From positions 561,728 to 625,727 of the forward strand of contig NMRA01000233.1 in assembly GCA_002633005.1 (NCBI GenBank): DNA of 64,000 nucleotides, in the 5' to 3' direction. Shown in pieces: positions 37,886 through 52,051 of the stretch. Below the pieces are notes generated by a model. The model made no database searches. It was not told the origin of the DNA and was given only the letters and a program-made list of their open reading frames with translations. This stretch comes from Phoronis australis. Taxonomy: Eukaryota > Animalia > Phoronida. Position numbers and translations under genes: made by a program. The first letter of the stretch is position 1. Each line of letters starts with the position of its first letter.

Positions 37886-40800
37886 ATTACTGCTAAAGCT
37901 CGATCAATGGTATTTGGTAAACGGGTGGCAAGTCCAGATTATGGGCATAGTGTCACGGCCGTCATTAACAGTAGGAGTGCAGATGCTCTGGTGACGCAGT
38001 TTCCATATACTTGTTAGAGTGCGCATGCTCAGCCGACGTACTTTCCAGATTTCACGGCAAACATTACATTCCTCTAGAGCACGCTTTTGTGACTCAAAGA
38101 AGACTTTCGTCAGAGATAAAATGGCGACGGGGTCTACAAAATACTTGATTCTAAATTTCAATTACAAAATACACTGATCGATAGTCATCGGAAATACTCG
38201 CATGCATTAGTAAGTACGCAGAAGATATCCTAATTAGAGGTTGCTGAAGTCACTTTTGGTAAAACGGCAATTTGCAACTACTCTTGAAGTGTCGTTTTTG
38301 GGCGCATTTGCTCATGCTCCTGATCCACACCAACAAGTCGCCCAAAAATTAAATTACTGAACGGGCCGAGGATTACCAGGCTTAGGGAACGACCCGAGGG
38401 GTTATAGCGGTAGGGAAGCATGGAGACGGGTATTGCCAGGCAGGAGAAGCATTGTCTGACAAGCTGTTGGATGGGAGAACAAAGTGGATAGAGCTCAATT
38501 TTCTTTTGGCGTTAGCACTGCAAAAGTTACTGTTTATAAAATACAAAGTCCCATTAACCTTGCAATGAATCCCAAGTTCAAAATTTTAAGATGTAAATTT
38601 TTGGATGATAAAAACCACAAATGCTAGTTCTCGTCTAATTTGATAAAACGGCATCTAGGACTTATTGCCGAGTTGTTGCTGCCCTCATAGACAGTAACCT
38701 TCTTCTTTTGTCTTGAAATTTTAGGAGTTATTTCAATTTTGATAAATTAAACATACAGTTTACCAGGTAACATCAGTCGTGGTTTGATGTAATGCAAATT
38801 GTTAAATGGTTCTTAATAAAGACCTGTGTGAAAGATATTTTTTTGTGAAAACTAAGTGCTTTCTAATTATTTTGATGGAAGGGTTGTTCTCGATTTCTTG
38901 AATGTTTTAGAAAGCTATATTTGCATTACAAGCAATGTCCCAACCTGATTGTCACTTATAGTACAACTTGGACAGATTATGTAGTAATGAACTCACCAGT
39001 GGTCAGTACTTCTGCCTCGGAGATTGTCACATTTTTGAACTCTGAAAATCAACACAATGACCTCAGTAGCCTATAGGTCAATAATTGTATAGTGCCTAGA
39101 GATAGTGACGGTACGTTTTAAAATAGTATTTACAAGTTCGTCTACGTCAAGTTCAAATGTTCACAAGTCCGACAGAAATTATGGGAGCTGGTTAATTCGA
39201 GAGACGTTGTAAGGTTCACAAGTCAGAAGGCTTACAGATGTGAAGGTTCAAAAGTCCGATGATCCTCCGAAAAGTCAAACATGGGACAAGCTGGGATTTC
39301 AAGCAAAAAAAAAATTCTAAGTCCCAAACATGAGATGTTTAACCGTAATTCATAGTTTTTTTCAACTGAAGTACTTATCAGTCAATGTTTCAAAGTTGGA
39401 AAAGTTTTCGTTCCTTTTCTGTGTGTGGTTGTCTGCATGTTGCAACCACGTCGTTTCCGGGAAATGATGCATTTTGAAGACCTTTTTCTTTGAGCACTGT
39501 TAAACGGAACTGACAATTTCCTTTTTTTACCACTAGTAGGGGAGTGTAGCAAAACGGCCCATCTAGCAAGATGGTCTCTTTCTCAGTTTACCACACCGTT
39601 TTATTGCTCGACCGATAGGGGTCATAATTACATACTGGGCGCGAATCTAGTGGATTTNGTTAAACGGAACTGACAATTTCCTTTTTCTACCACTAGTAGG
39701 GGAGAGTGTGGCAAAACGGCCCATCTAGCAAGATGGTGTCTTCCTCAGTTTACCACACCGTTTTATTGCTCGACCGATAGGGGTCATAATTACATACTGG
39801 GCGCGAATCTAGTGGATTTGCAGACGGCATAAGCTCGTGGCAAGAAATATTTGATGGCCCTCGAAGTTAGGCGAGTATCTGCCTTTTGTAACATATTTAG
39901 ACCACGTAATGTACGAAATAAACTTGATTATGGAATTAAGCTGAACAGTAATGCTTAGTGAGTGAGAAAAAAATTAAAAAACAATTTGAAATGGCTCTGA
40001 CTAGTTTACTCGGTGCATGCATGATTGTGACATCATGAATGGGCTGACACGGACAGAGTGACAGTTATACCCCATACATATTTCATAGATAGAAAAAGTA
40101 TGTTTTGTTTTAACGTTTTCGTTTTAGAGAATGTTGCGGAATTAACTTACGAAAATGTACAGGAAATGCGCAAGAAAGTGAGGACATGAACGCAAAAGCG
40201 GTGGTGAGAAGGGGCTGCACGGCATTTTAGAGTCGGTACTGAGAGTTCTACCAAAAGGATCCTCCAAAGTTCCTGGTCGTCTTACAATGAGTAATAAAAC
40301 TAATTATACTGAAAAATTTTTTTAAAAATATTAATTTTTGTCAAGTATGGGGCAAATAAAACGTTTGATATCGGTTAATTTTTGTATTACGCCGTTTGTG
40401 ATAGATTAGTTCTGTTTCGTCACAAAACTTCAAAAGTCTTAAAAACTTACCTTGCACTCAAATTCTATCCACTTGTCTGCAAAGTCAGTTCATGTTTAAA
40501 TTCCAGAAGCTCAGAACTGTGAACAGAATCCTAGACGTGAATCTAACGGGGTGGGGAATCCTCAGTCTGTTGCTCTTTCAATAATTTGTGCACTCATACA
40601 ATAATCCATCGTCTCAGCAGTGTCACAGCTGGCAGAAAACTCCTGCTTGGTTTGAGAAGCATTAAATAATTCAGGAAGCAGACGTCTTAGAAAGGTCAAG
40701 GATACAACACGTTCCTGTCGTTTCATTGGCTGTTCTGATCATACTACACTGGCACCTAGTGGCTAACAAAGTATCTGAGGCTAGTTTTTCCCACCTTTAA

Positions 40801-43800
40801 ATTAAAGATTCTGCTAGCGATGNAAGCATTAAATAATTCAGGAAGCAGACGTCTTAGAAAGGTCAAGGATACAACACGTTCCTGTCGTTTCATTGGCTGT
40901 TCTGATCATACTGCACTGGCACCTAGTGGCTAACAAAGTATTTGAGGCTAGTTTTTCCCATCTTTAAATTAAAGATTCTGCTAGCGATGTCTTAGGAACT
41001 TTGCTGAACTTGAGTTTTGGACGTCTTGAGAAGGATTTAATCCAATTAGTTCCCGTTAAGCCCCCGGCAGACGAATTAACGGACGGGAAAGATAGCAGAG
41101 TTGTAACAATGGTCAAACCTACATATTAAGTGAGGAAAATGAATTTTATCAACAAGAATCGAATTGAAAATAATCGAATTAATAAATTTGTGTACAGTCC
41201 CCTCCCTAATGGACGCTGATTTTACTTATTTTACCTTAATAGTTCCAAGGGTCTTCCAGACTGACGATTACCATATATTTTGCACCATGTGATCTCAATC
41301 AGACAGCCGTGCTGCGATGACTGTACTCCAGCGTAGTTCGATAGTGGCACATAGGTATCGGTCGAAAATCTTTCATTTGAATGATATTGATCGAGTTCCG
41401 GTTCTGTATCTTCATACCCTTTGGCGCCCTGTCAATGCATGGACATTCTGACACTTCATAAGGTTCTTACTCGAACTGTCCGATTCGTGCAAGCAAAATT
41501 TCGGTGTGTTATATTCTTAGCGCAAAACGACTTCGCTACACCGCGCAAATAAATTTAAATCATTAATCTTACGAGCATTGTCATACATCATTACGTACAT
41601 TTCTTTCAAGTTTTACCAACAATAAATAGATATGTCAAATCCGTCAACAATGGACTCGTATTAGCAATTTGCAGCCATGTAGACTACAGTTTAATCAAAG
41701 TGCTTAAAATCACCAATTTCATATGAAATACACCAACAAAGAAAAAAACTCCCAGCAATCGACTGGTTGTCAAATTAGAATACTCAATAACACTGTGTGA
41801 CGATATGTCCATTAGCTGATATCGAGTAACGAGAGCATTGATTGTTCGATAAATACTACCTAAAATCGGGACAACCGATCACAACATTAGTGGGATAACT
41901 AAATCGTCAGATGTTGCTCGTTTTCCCGTGGTTGATGGTGTAGTAAAGATTGGCAAGGTGTTGAATCTTTTCATTTTTTCGCGGGACGTAATATGAAGAG
42001 CGTAGATATGGCTCAAGTTTGTGCGAGAAACTCACGAGTTGGTGGATAAGACACGCTGACGCTGGGTACAGTCATACGTCACACTCATGCCCGTGGAGCA
42101 AAGACACTTTCTTTGAAAATTGCTTTTCTTCTCTTGTCTCGCTTTTTGGATGTCCACGGCTGTGACGTGCAGTGCTATAAAGGGAGGATTAATGACGTAT
42201 ATTTATTATTCATTATAATGACATGAATGTATCACAGAATGCACCACTTACAAACTTCTTGAGCTTGTAAGTCACTGATACAAATTAACGTATAGGCGAT
42301 TNTGAAAATTGCTTTTCTTCTCTTGTCTCGCTTTTTGGATGTCCACGGCTGTGACGTGCAGTGCTATAAAGGGAGGATTAATGACGTATATTTATTATTC
42401 ATTATAATGACATGAATGTATCACAGAATGCACCACTTACATTTTTCTTGAGCTTGTAAGTCACTGATACAAATTAACGTATTAGGCGATTTTACCCAAT
42501 ACAGGCCACTCTTATGGCGATCTTGTGCCCTAATCATAATCTTCGCCAGAACTTGAGAACTCTGTCCTTAAAATATTGTATCTAGTGCAAACAAATATGA
42601 AATGTATTTCGTCTTCAATTATATTTTGGTTACATACCTTACATAGCCTTTCATTTAAAGGATTTTCCAAAAATGTCACTAATTCCATCTGTAATGTCGA
42701 AATTTCTGGACTTAATTGTACTGTGCTGACACAAATCTCAATGTAGCAAGAAGAAATACATAGTTTCCAATACTATATTCTCACTTGAATGTCTTGTAAA
42801 ATACACTTCAGGTTTGGAGCCAAGCAAATCACTCTTACGCTTTCCTCTTTCAAAATATAATTGACTAAAACATTCAACAGCAACTAGATTTTTTAATGAA
42901 TGCGTGACGCATTTGAACACGTGACACTTAACATTTGATAGATGAGCTCCAATCATATTTACATAAATTATAATTATAAACAAACGTGGTTCTTTTTTCA
43001 AATCAACTCGCTTTTCTTCTATTTTCTCGTTCTTGGGATATTGAATTCTCGGTTGTGATGTGCAGTGTTAAAAAGAAGGTTTCAAGATACCGACAATGTA
43101 GCCACTCAGTAAAACAAGGTAAAATGTTTTCAAAATAGAATGTCACCAGATTGATTTCGTTTTTTATCGTCTTAATCGGGCTCTATCCACATCATCTCAA
43201 ATACGGTCGATCTCACGTCACCGGTGTTGCGTTTAAGTAGGAGGCAACCTTTATCATGTCATTTTTAGTAAATTTACGGTTTGTTGATTATCCTTCTGAT
43301 TGTTCGTGCAAAATTCGTCGTCACCTCTCCTATGATCAAAGTCTCCGTAACACACGTCACTGTCTCTGTGATACGGGTCGCCGACTCTAGCCATTTTCAA
43401 GGTACTACAAACTAAAAGATTTCCAAATCCCACGTAATTGAGTTCTCTAACATCCTACTTTGTCGTAGAATACTCGTCGATGAAAAATGGTGACAATTTT
43501 AGGAAAACAGCACAAAAACAAGAGTAGAACCGTTCCTACAAGTAAACTCGAACGCACTAAAAGCGAAATGGCGGGAAAAATGGAGGGTCGAATTTTTAAT
43601 AAATGATTGGAACTTACTTTAAACGTCAATTGACTGGAAACCTTCCTGTTACCATCTTCAGTCTTTCTCAAATTATTGAACTGAAGTTTCTTGCTTTTGA
43701 TTTACTTCACTCTTGTCTCAGTCAATATGCTTTGCTATTACCTTGAGTACTTGCTTATGGTGCCGTGTTTACCGTCCAATAGGACGACACTGCAAGATGA

Positions 43801-44389
43801 GCGTACATCATACACTGACCGAATGAGGAACCTGACTGGCAGTGGCGTCATCGTCAATAGCTCATCCCATTTGACTTTTCTTCTTAAAATGTCCCATTTA
43901 GTCCATGCGTTCTGTTAAGTCATATGGGANGTTTAAGTTGGAGGCAACCTTTATCATGTCATTTTTAGTAAATTTACGGTTTGTTGATTATCCTTCTGAC
44001 TGTTCGTCCAAAATTCGTCGTCACCTCTCCTATGATCAAAGTCTCCGTAACACACGTCACTGTCTCTGTGATACGGGTCGCCGACTCTAGCCATTTTCAA
44101 GGTACTACAAACTAAAAGATTTCTAAATCCCACGTAATTGAGTTCTCTAACATCCTACTTTGTCGTAGAATACTCGTCGATGGAAAATGGTGACAATTTT
44201 AGGAAAACAGCACAAAAGCAAGAGTAGAACCGTGCCTCAAAGTAAACTCGAACGCACTAAAAGCGAAATGGAGGAAAAAATGGAGGGTCGAATTTTTACT
44301 AAATGATTGGAACTTACTTTAAACGTCGATTGACTGGAAACCTTCCTGTTACCATCTTCAGTCTTTCTCAATTTATTGAACTGAAGTTT

Positions 44390-45790
44390 CTTGCTTTTGA
44401 TTTACTTCACTCTTGTCTCAGTCAATATGCTTTGCTATTACCTTGAGTACTTGGTTATGGTGCTGTGTTTACCGTCCAATAGGACGACACTGCAAGATGA
44501 GCGTACATCATACACTGACCGAATGAGGAACCTGACTGGCAGTGGCGTCATCTTCAGTAGCTCATCCCATTTGACTTTTCTTCTTAAAATGTCCCATTTA
44601 GTCCATGCGTTCTGTTAAGTCATATGGGATATTATCGATGCGCGCGTCTTCTTCAGATGTCCTCACTTCTAATATGACGTAGTTTGGTAGACTCTTTGGT
44701 CTCTGGTCATTTCTTGAGCTAGCGCTGGGTCAACTAGTTGCTTTGGATGGAGACAGCTTTCAGCTATATCAATGTCTGTTTGCGTTTTGTGCTCAGTAAG
44801 ATGCGACTGTTTCGATCCTGTAATAAAAGTTGTCTTTTAGCGTCACACTTGCTGGCACCTTGGTTACTTTAAATTCTTTGATGGCGGATTACACTGGCAG
44901 TGAAGGCTTTGATGTTCTACGTTAGAGGCCCACGTTGTTAAAGGAAGAATGTAAATCTTGATTATATGGCTTCCTCGACTCTTCATACACTGTACTGTGG
45001 ATAATGACATGTTGTATAGAAGGAACAGCTTCATCAGCGAACACATTGGAAGCAACAAAGGCTGAAACGGCCCGACAGTCCTTTATTGTCGAGCATGTCG
45101 GTTTCGACACGGTACATTATTTGTGTCATTGGCTTCGCTTCTATTGCTGTTAAGATTTCCTGTCTGTCTTGGCTCGGGCTACTCCGAGCACGCTTGTCAC
45201 GTGATTGTGTCCACTCTATTGTTCTCTTCTATTGGGCTTTACTCGGGCTTGGTAAGTTGTCAACGTTGTGGTGTGGCTGTTCTTCAATGACCTGGTCATC
45301 TGCTGACCTGTCAGGCACCGGAAACTCCACTGAAAGGTGTTTGCCTCTAGGGGTTGCGTCCTGACCAATTCCTCCTCGCCTCACTAGATGTAGCACCCAA
45401 TCGCATTTTAGTCACTTCTCCCTAAAAATTTTCATCTTACTCCAACGATTTTAAGAACTTTATATGTTCTACGTATGTCCATTCCGATATTCATAGTCGA
45501 ATTGCGTTCCGTTGCTGCTGTCATCATATCCGTCGAGGGGACTTCTAATCCCCGAGTTCAAGTAATACTCTCTCATTAGATTTGAGGAAGCAATAGTTTC
45601 TTTTTCGCAGAAACGACATATGGGCTGCTAATCCAGGCTACTCCCGGTGCTGTCCTTCCAACAGTATGCTCCGCCATTCCTTGTCTTTCCTAGTGTCGCC
45701 TATTCTTTCGTAGAAGTCAATGTTAAACCCAAGGAGAACTTGGGCTCTACACGGTGGCAGTTGGATTCCATTGAAACCCTTCACATCTTG
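44390..45790 (-). mobile_element. Internally deleted Hero-like (R2-group, RLE) non-LTR retrotransposon relic; 3' part duplicated at ~43690-43929
   Basis: Minus-strand fragments AWTKWDILRRKVKWDELLKMTPLPVRFLIRSVYDV (~44500-44610), HHNQVLKVIAKHID (~44420-44465), IKEFKVTK and KRTIEWTQSRDK resemble Hero motifs as I recall them (GAWTRW...ISFLIRSVYDVLP; WRHDQVL; EEFKVTK); many stops. Confidence 0.75.
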
Positions 45791-47180
45791 GTCCTCAGTG
45801 TTTGATTTCGGTTACGAACAGTTTTGATATGACATTTGANNNNNNNNNNNNNNNNNNNNNNNNNNNNNNNNNNNNNNNNNNNNNNNNNNNNNNNNNNNNN
45901 NNNNNNNNNNNNNNNNNNNNNNNNNNNNNNNNNNNNNNNNNNNNNNNNNNNNNNNNNNNNNNNNNNNNNNNNNNNNNNNNNNNNNNNNNNNNNNNNNNNN
46001 NNNNNNNNNNNNNNNNNNNNNNNNNNNNNNNNNNNNNNNNNNNNNNNNNNNNNNNNNNNNNNNNNNNNNNNNNNNNNNNNNNNNNNNNNNNNNNNNNNNN
46101 NNNNNNNNNNNNNNNNNNNNNNNNNNNNNNNNNNNNNNNNNNNNNNNNNNNNNNNNNNNNNNNNNNNNNNNNNNNNNNNNNNNNNNNNNNNNNNNNNAAA
46201 AATATTTTTTTGCGTTTCCAAAAGACCTCAAGTTCGCCCAGAAATGTCATAGGTTCGTGCGTCGGACACGGGTATGGTAGTACACGGTGGAGCAAGAGAT
46301 AAGCTCAGTGGCTACGCTATGCTCAATCCATTTTGAAGAATTGTGCTTCTATCCGTCACAGAAACGTCCCAGCGTGTAAGTGCAATTCATGAAAAAGAAA
46401 TGTATTTTTTGTACCGTTACTGGGAACATAGTTGTCAGGCACATAAGTTTCTGTCAGTCTATTCTTATTCACGGTTTTGTGAAAATGCATGCTATCCACA
46501 TACACGTCAATGTCCAATAATCGCCATTGGGAAGTAGATGCCACAAAAAAGTTTGAGGTCATGACTGCAGCCCACAGAGGCTGGAGACGTACATGGATAA
46601 TTTACGACTCATAACTGTACAAAATTTTCATCATTTTGGAACAGACAAGACAGAAACGACTGTACCAGAAGTAAATTCAGTTAGCATCACTGTAATTAAA
46701 TAAGATCGTTCCTGACAAACGCACACGGCATTGGAAGAAATGAAATTAGTGTCCGCTATTCGCGACTGGGCATTGTAAGGATTAGGGTAAAAACTGGAGA
46801 TGAGACGGTACACAAAAATTTCTCAGCTCTATACGATTATAGGCACAAGGGTCTTCGGTTTGGTAAATTTTTGTTCGGTACACAAATCAAGGTTCAGAAT
46901 AATGTATTTTGTTGTAAAACTTACCTAGTTGTTAAAACATACTTCTTAAAACTTATTCCAAGTTCTCTTTCAGAAAAAATAGCTCATCAACATGCTTTGC
47001 CGACAGTAAAGCCAGGTGTTGTTGAATCTAAAATAAAGAAATGATTGTCTTGTTTCAGTTCTCAGATGGGGGAAACCGAAATCATATCACACCCACTTCA
47101 GCAGAACAACATCGTGCTTGACTTAGTGCCAATATAAACCGTACCTTCGAATCGGTGATCGTACTTAAACAGTCATAGAG

Positions 47181-47320
47181 AATCCTACACTAGTCTCAGG
47201 TTTATGACATGGGCAAAACCTCTTGGAAATGTTGTCAAAATCCCGAGGCTTGCCGAGGGATTTTGACGAAATTTCCAAGAGGTTTTGCCCATGTCATTAA
47301 TCTGAAACCAGTGCAGGGTT
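47181..47320. repeat. Long palindrome (~60-bp arms), probable non-autonomous DNA element core
   Basis: atgacatgggcaaaacctcttggaaat.t.gtcaaaatccc-GAGGCTTGCCGA-gggattttgac.a.atttccaagaggttttgcccatgtcat. Confidence 0.8.
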
Positions 47321-50300
47321 TTTTTTCTCACATGAACCGTAAAAACGATCTTTTTTGCCGAAGAACTCTACCCGTCTAAAACTTTCAACCACGTGACGCA
47401 ACTTTTGTAAAATTACGCTTGCGCAATGTAAAGTAATTCCGTCACTTTNNNNNNNNNNNNNNNNNNNNNNNNNNNNNNNNNNNNNNNNNNNNNNNNNNNN
47501 NNNNNNNNNNNNNNNNNNNNNNNNNNNNNNNNNNNNNNNNNNNNNNNNNNNNNNNNNNNNNNNNNNNNNNNNNNNNNNNNNNNNNNNNNNNNNNNNNNNN
47601 NNNNNNNNNNNNNNNNNNNNNNNNNNNNNNNNNNNNNNNNNNNNNNNNNNNNNNNNNNNNNNNNNNNNNNNNNNNNNNNNNNNNNNNNNNNNNNNNNNNN
47701 NNNNNNNNNNNNNNNNNNNNNNNNNNNNNNNNNNNNNNNNNNNNNNNNNNNNNNNNNNNNNNNNNNNNNNNNNNNNNNNNNNNNNNNNNNNNNNNNNNNN
47801 NNNNNNNNNNNNNNNNNNNNNNNNNNNNNNNNNNNNNNNNNNNNNNNNNNNNNNNNNNNNNNNNNNNNNNNNNNNNNNNNNNNNNNNNNNNNNNNNNNNN
47901 NNNNNNNNNNNNNNNNNNNNNNNNNNNNNNNNNNNNNNNNNNNNNNNNNNNNNNNNNNNNNNNNNNNNNNNNNNNNNNNNNNNNNNNNNNNNNNNNNNNN
48001 NNNNNNNNNNNNNNNNNNNNNNNNNNNNNNNNNNNNNNNNNNNNNNNNNNNNNNNNNNNNNNNNNNNNNNNNNNNNNNNNNNNNNNNNNNNNNNNNNNNN
48101 NNNNNNNNNNNNNNNNNNNNNNNNNNNNNNNNNNNNNNNNNNNNNNNNNNNNNNNNNNNNNNNNNNNNNNNNNNNNNNNNNNNNNNNNNNNNNNNNNNNN
48201 NNNNNNNNNNNNNNNNNTTTTGTGTTAAGAAATTTATTTTACATGGTCTACAACCTCAAAAAACTCCTTTGTAAGAACGCTTTAATTTCGGACACCTGTA
48301 CTCATTCTGCGATCTAATCAACAAGAAGCCCGTGACCACAAAGTGAAAATAGATTACTGTCATATAATGGAATTTGCGTTCATGAACTACGTTGAAGACG
48401 AATTGCTCTTTTTGTTTGTTTGTTTGTTTGTTTGTTTGTAATGGTTATGAAGAGCTTTGTGAGCATAATATGAATGAAAAATTTGATAACCATAATGCGT
48501 TTTAAATTTCAACAAAATTATGAAGACTCCAGATTGAGAAAGTGCATACCCGATTTGATATTTCTCCGATGCGGCTAGTGTTGTAGGATTCGTTTTGGAA
48601 AACCTAATAGTTAACTACTGCTGCACCGGCGTTTTCTTCGCTTTCTTTGACATGCTGCTGTGTCTACAATTTATTACGGTTAAGAACCTTTGTCGTAAAA
48701 GCTGGTTCCCTATACCACTGTGGGAGGAACTACATTGCTGATAACCAGCAGTTGCAAACTCCGACTTGTCGCAGCAAATAGAACCCACAATACGTCAGTT
48801 GTTCTTATGGGCCGTCGTTGTGAAAGAATATATTACAAGCTATACTTATATTTTGTAAAAATAATGAATTCAAGGCGCAGTAACGAATCGAGGTTTCAAA
48901 ATTTCCGTACTATTCCAAGATATACTGAAAAATCTCGGTTCGGTTATCTATTGACTACCCTCTCAGTCCTTGTAAAAACTTCGCTTTGCTTTACATTTCG
49001 TACGCTGGTGCGGGAGGTAAGTGTTTGCTCGGCTTCAAAGACGNGATGTTCTGAAAAATCTCGGTTCGGTTATCTATTGACTACCGTCTCAGCCCTTGTA
49101 AAAACTTCGCTTTGCTTTACAGTTCGTACGCTGGTGCGGGAGGTAAGTGTTTGCTCGGCTTCAAAGACGCAAAGTTTGCTGATATGGCGAGGTCAAAGTC
49201 ATTTACCCGTTTCCTTTACGGCCTGTACGTTTGTCATCTCGATCCTCATCGCCATATCTGTCTTCATAATATTTCCTAAAGATCGCACTCGGAGTCTTCG
49301 TAACTTAGTAAATCCTCTCAACTCATCAACGTTTTCCAATGATGTCATCACGTGGCTGGAAACGAAAAATCATTAACTCTATAATAAGATATGAAATTCA
49401 ACAAGTATGTCCCAAAATAAGTACTTGCTTAGTTACATTTTGTGTTAAGAAATTATTTTTCATGGTCTACAACCTCAAAAAGAGCGAAATTTCATTGTAA
49501 GAACGCTTTAACTTCGGACCCTGTACTCATTCTGTGCTTTAGTGAACAGGAGGCTCGTGGCTAAAATGAACAGAGTGATTACATTGTTTGTGAATCACAA
49601 AGTGAGAGTGGAAACGGGAAGGAAAACAAAATTAACTACTGTTACTAAAATATAATTTGCTTTTATGAACTACGTTGAAGACGAAATGCACTTTTTTGTT
49701 TGTAAAGCTTATGCAGAGCTCCGTCAGCGATATTTGAATGACAATTTTGATAACCATAACGCTTTCTGATATTTCAACAAGATTATGAAGACTCCAGATG
49801 CAAACATTGTAAAATTAGTATATTAAGTCTCCGTGCTNCACAAAGTGAGAGTGGAAACGGGAAGGAAAACAAAATTAACTACTGTTACTAAAATATAATT
49901 TGCTTTTATGAACTATGTTGAAGACGAAATGCACTTTTTTGTGTGTAAAGCTTATGCAGAGCTCCGTCAGCAATATTTGAATGACAATTTTGATAACCAT
50001 AACACTTTCTGATATTTCAACAAGATTATGAAGACTCCAGATGCAAACATTGTAAAATTAGTATATTAAGTCTCCGTGCTTAGAGAAAAGTTGTTTAACT
50101 CGATTTGCTGTATTTAACTGAGGTTGTACATACAGTATGCTTGTCGTCGTACTTAGAGTCTCTGGCCTCGAATGCAATGCCGTAAAGTAAAGGATTGACA
50201 CAGTGCATACCTGCTTTGATATTTCTCCGACGTGGCTAGTGTTTTGTATGTGTTATTGTCTCACGCACTCCCGCAAAGTATGGCCCTCTGTACAGCGTGG

Positions 50301-52017
50301 CTTGATTGACTAAAAGCTGTGATACACACAGCTGTATGATTTGTCTCTGCACGTTTAGTATTGTCAGCCTCCGAACACAACATATTTGGCAATGAGGATG
50401 TTTTGCTTTTTTACACCCAAGCCGTTCCTGGAATCACCCGGAAAACCTACAATACCATGGAGAACTTGGATTGAACAAATTGCCGAATCCATTAAGTTGT
50501 ACTAAGTTACACTTTAGAGCCCTGACCAAAACCGGGTACCACCTTAAAGAAAGGTGTCAAAAACAAATTTTTGTTTGGAATTTTAAACTAAATAGTTGTA
50601 CCAAACGAGCTGACCAGAACCAACACTGTCGGTGCAACGCATTTATTAAAACAATATGTTCATCAATACTTTAATAATTTATTTTTGCGGGACTTTTCTA
50701 TTGTTGTAAGTTGACAATATAGTCAACAGATGCGTGTGCGTGATCGCACGACTAATGGAGAATCTACGTAGTGTAAATGTACGTTCGTAGCCTAAATAAT
50801 TTTAATTCAATAAACGTTTGCGTAAGCTATCTCAAGTTTACCAGGATTCGTTTTTAAAATTTCATGAGTTAAATACTGCAACACAAACGACTTCTTCACT
50901 TGCTTTGNGTACCAAACGAGCTGACCAGAACCAACACTGTCGGTGCAACGCATTTATTAAAACAATATGTTTATCAATACTTAATTTATTTTTGCGGGAC
51001 TTTTCTATTGTTGTAAGTTGACAATATAGTCAACAGATGCGTGTGCGTGATCGCACGACTAATGGAAAATCTACGTAGTGTAAATGTACGTTCGTAGCCT
51101 AAATAATTTTAATTCAATAAAAGTGTGCGTAAGCTATCTCAAGTTTACCAGGCTTCGTTTTTAAAATTTCATGAGTTAAATACTGCAACACAAACGACTT
51201 CTTCACTTGCTTTGACAAACTGTTATGCTTACAATATGTTACCGTTAAGAACCGTTCTAGTAAAAGCTGGTTCTCAATACAATTGTGTGAGGAACTACAT
51301 TGCTGGTAACCAGCAGTTGTATACGCCGTCGTGTCCAAGCAAAACGAACCCACCATAGGTCAGTTTTTCTCACGGGTAGTCGTTTCGAAAAAATATATTA
51401 CAAGTTTTGCTCATACTCAGCACAAATAATGAGCTGAAGGTGCTGCAACGCATGGAAGTTCGGTGCAAGCTTGATTTCAAGATTTCCGTACTGTTCCGAA
51501 CAGTACCAAAAAATCTCGGTTCGGTTATGTATTGACTACCGTCTTTGTCCTTGTAAAAACTTCGCTTTGCTTTACAGTTCGTACGCCGGTGCGGGAGGTA
51601 AGAGTTTGCACGGCTTGAAAGACGCAAAGTCTGCTGATATGGCGAGGTCTAAGTCATTTACCCGTTTCCTTTACAGCCTGTACATTTGTCGTCTCCATCC
51701 TCATCGCCATATCTCTCTTCATAATATTTCCTAAAGATCGCACTCAGAGTCTACATAACTTAGTAAATCCTCTGAACTCATCAACGTTTTCCAAGATGTC
51801 ATCACGTAGCTGAAACGAAAAATCATTGACTCTATGTTGAAATATGAAATTCCTCAATTATTTCCCATAATAGGTACTTGTCTAGTTACATTTTGTGTTA
51901 AGAAATTATTTTCATGATCTACAACCTCAAAAAGAGCAAAACTCCTTTGTAAGAACGCTTTTAACTTCGGACTCCTGTACTCATTCTGCGCTCTAGTCAA
52001 CAGGAATCTAGCGGCTA

Positions 52018-52051
<34 letters not shown>

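Noticed and set aside
39499-44629. Tandem duplications around single Ns at 39658, 40823, 42302 and 43930
   Set aside because: Same scaffolding-overlap signature; similar cases occur at 49044, 49838, 50908 and 53703
45781-46302. ORFs with long X runs (also 13397-13667)
   Set aside because: Artefacts of translating N gaps
46343-46813. Hydrophobic fragments suggestive of a membrane-protein pseudogene
   Set aside because: Multiple stops and no identifiable family signature
48720-49376. 218-aa plus-strand ORF in the macrosatellite
   Set aside because: It spans an N-joined duplication, is disrupted in other units and has no recognisable motif
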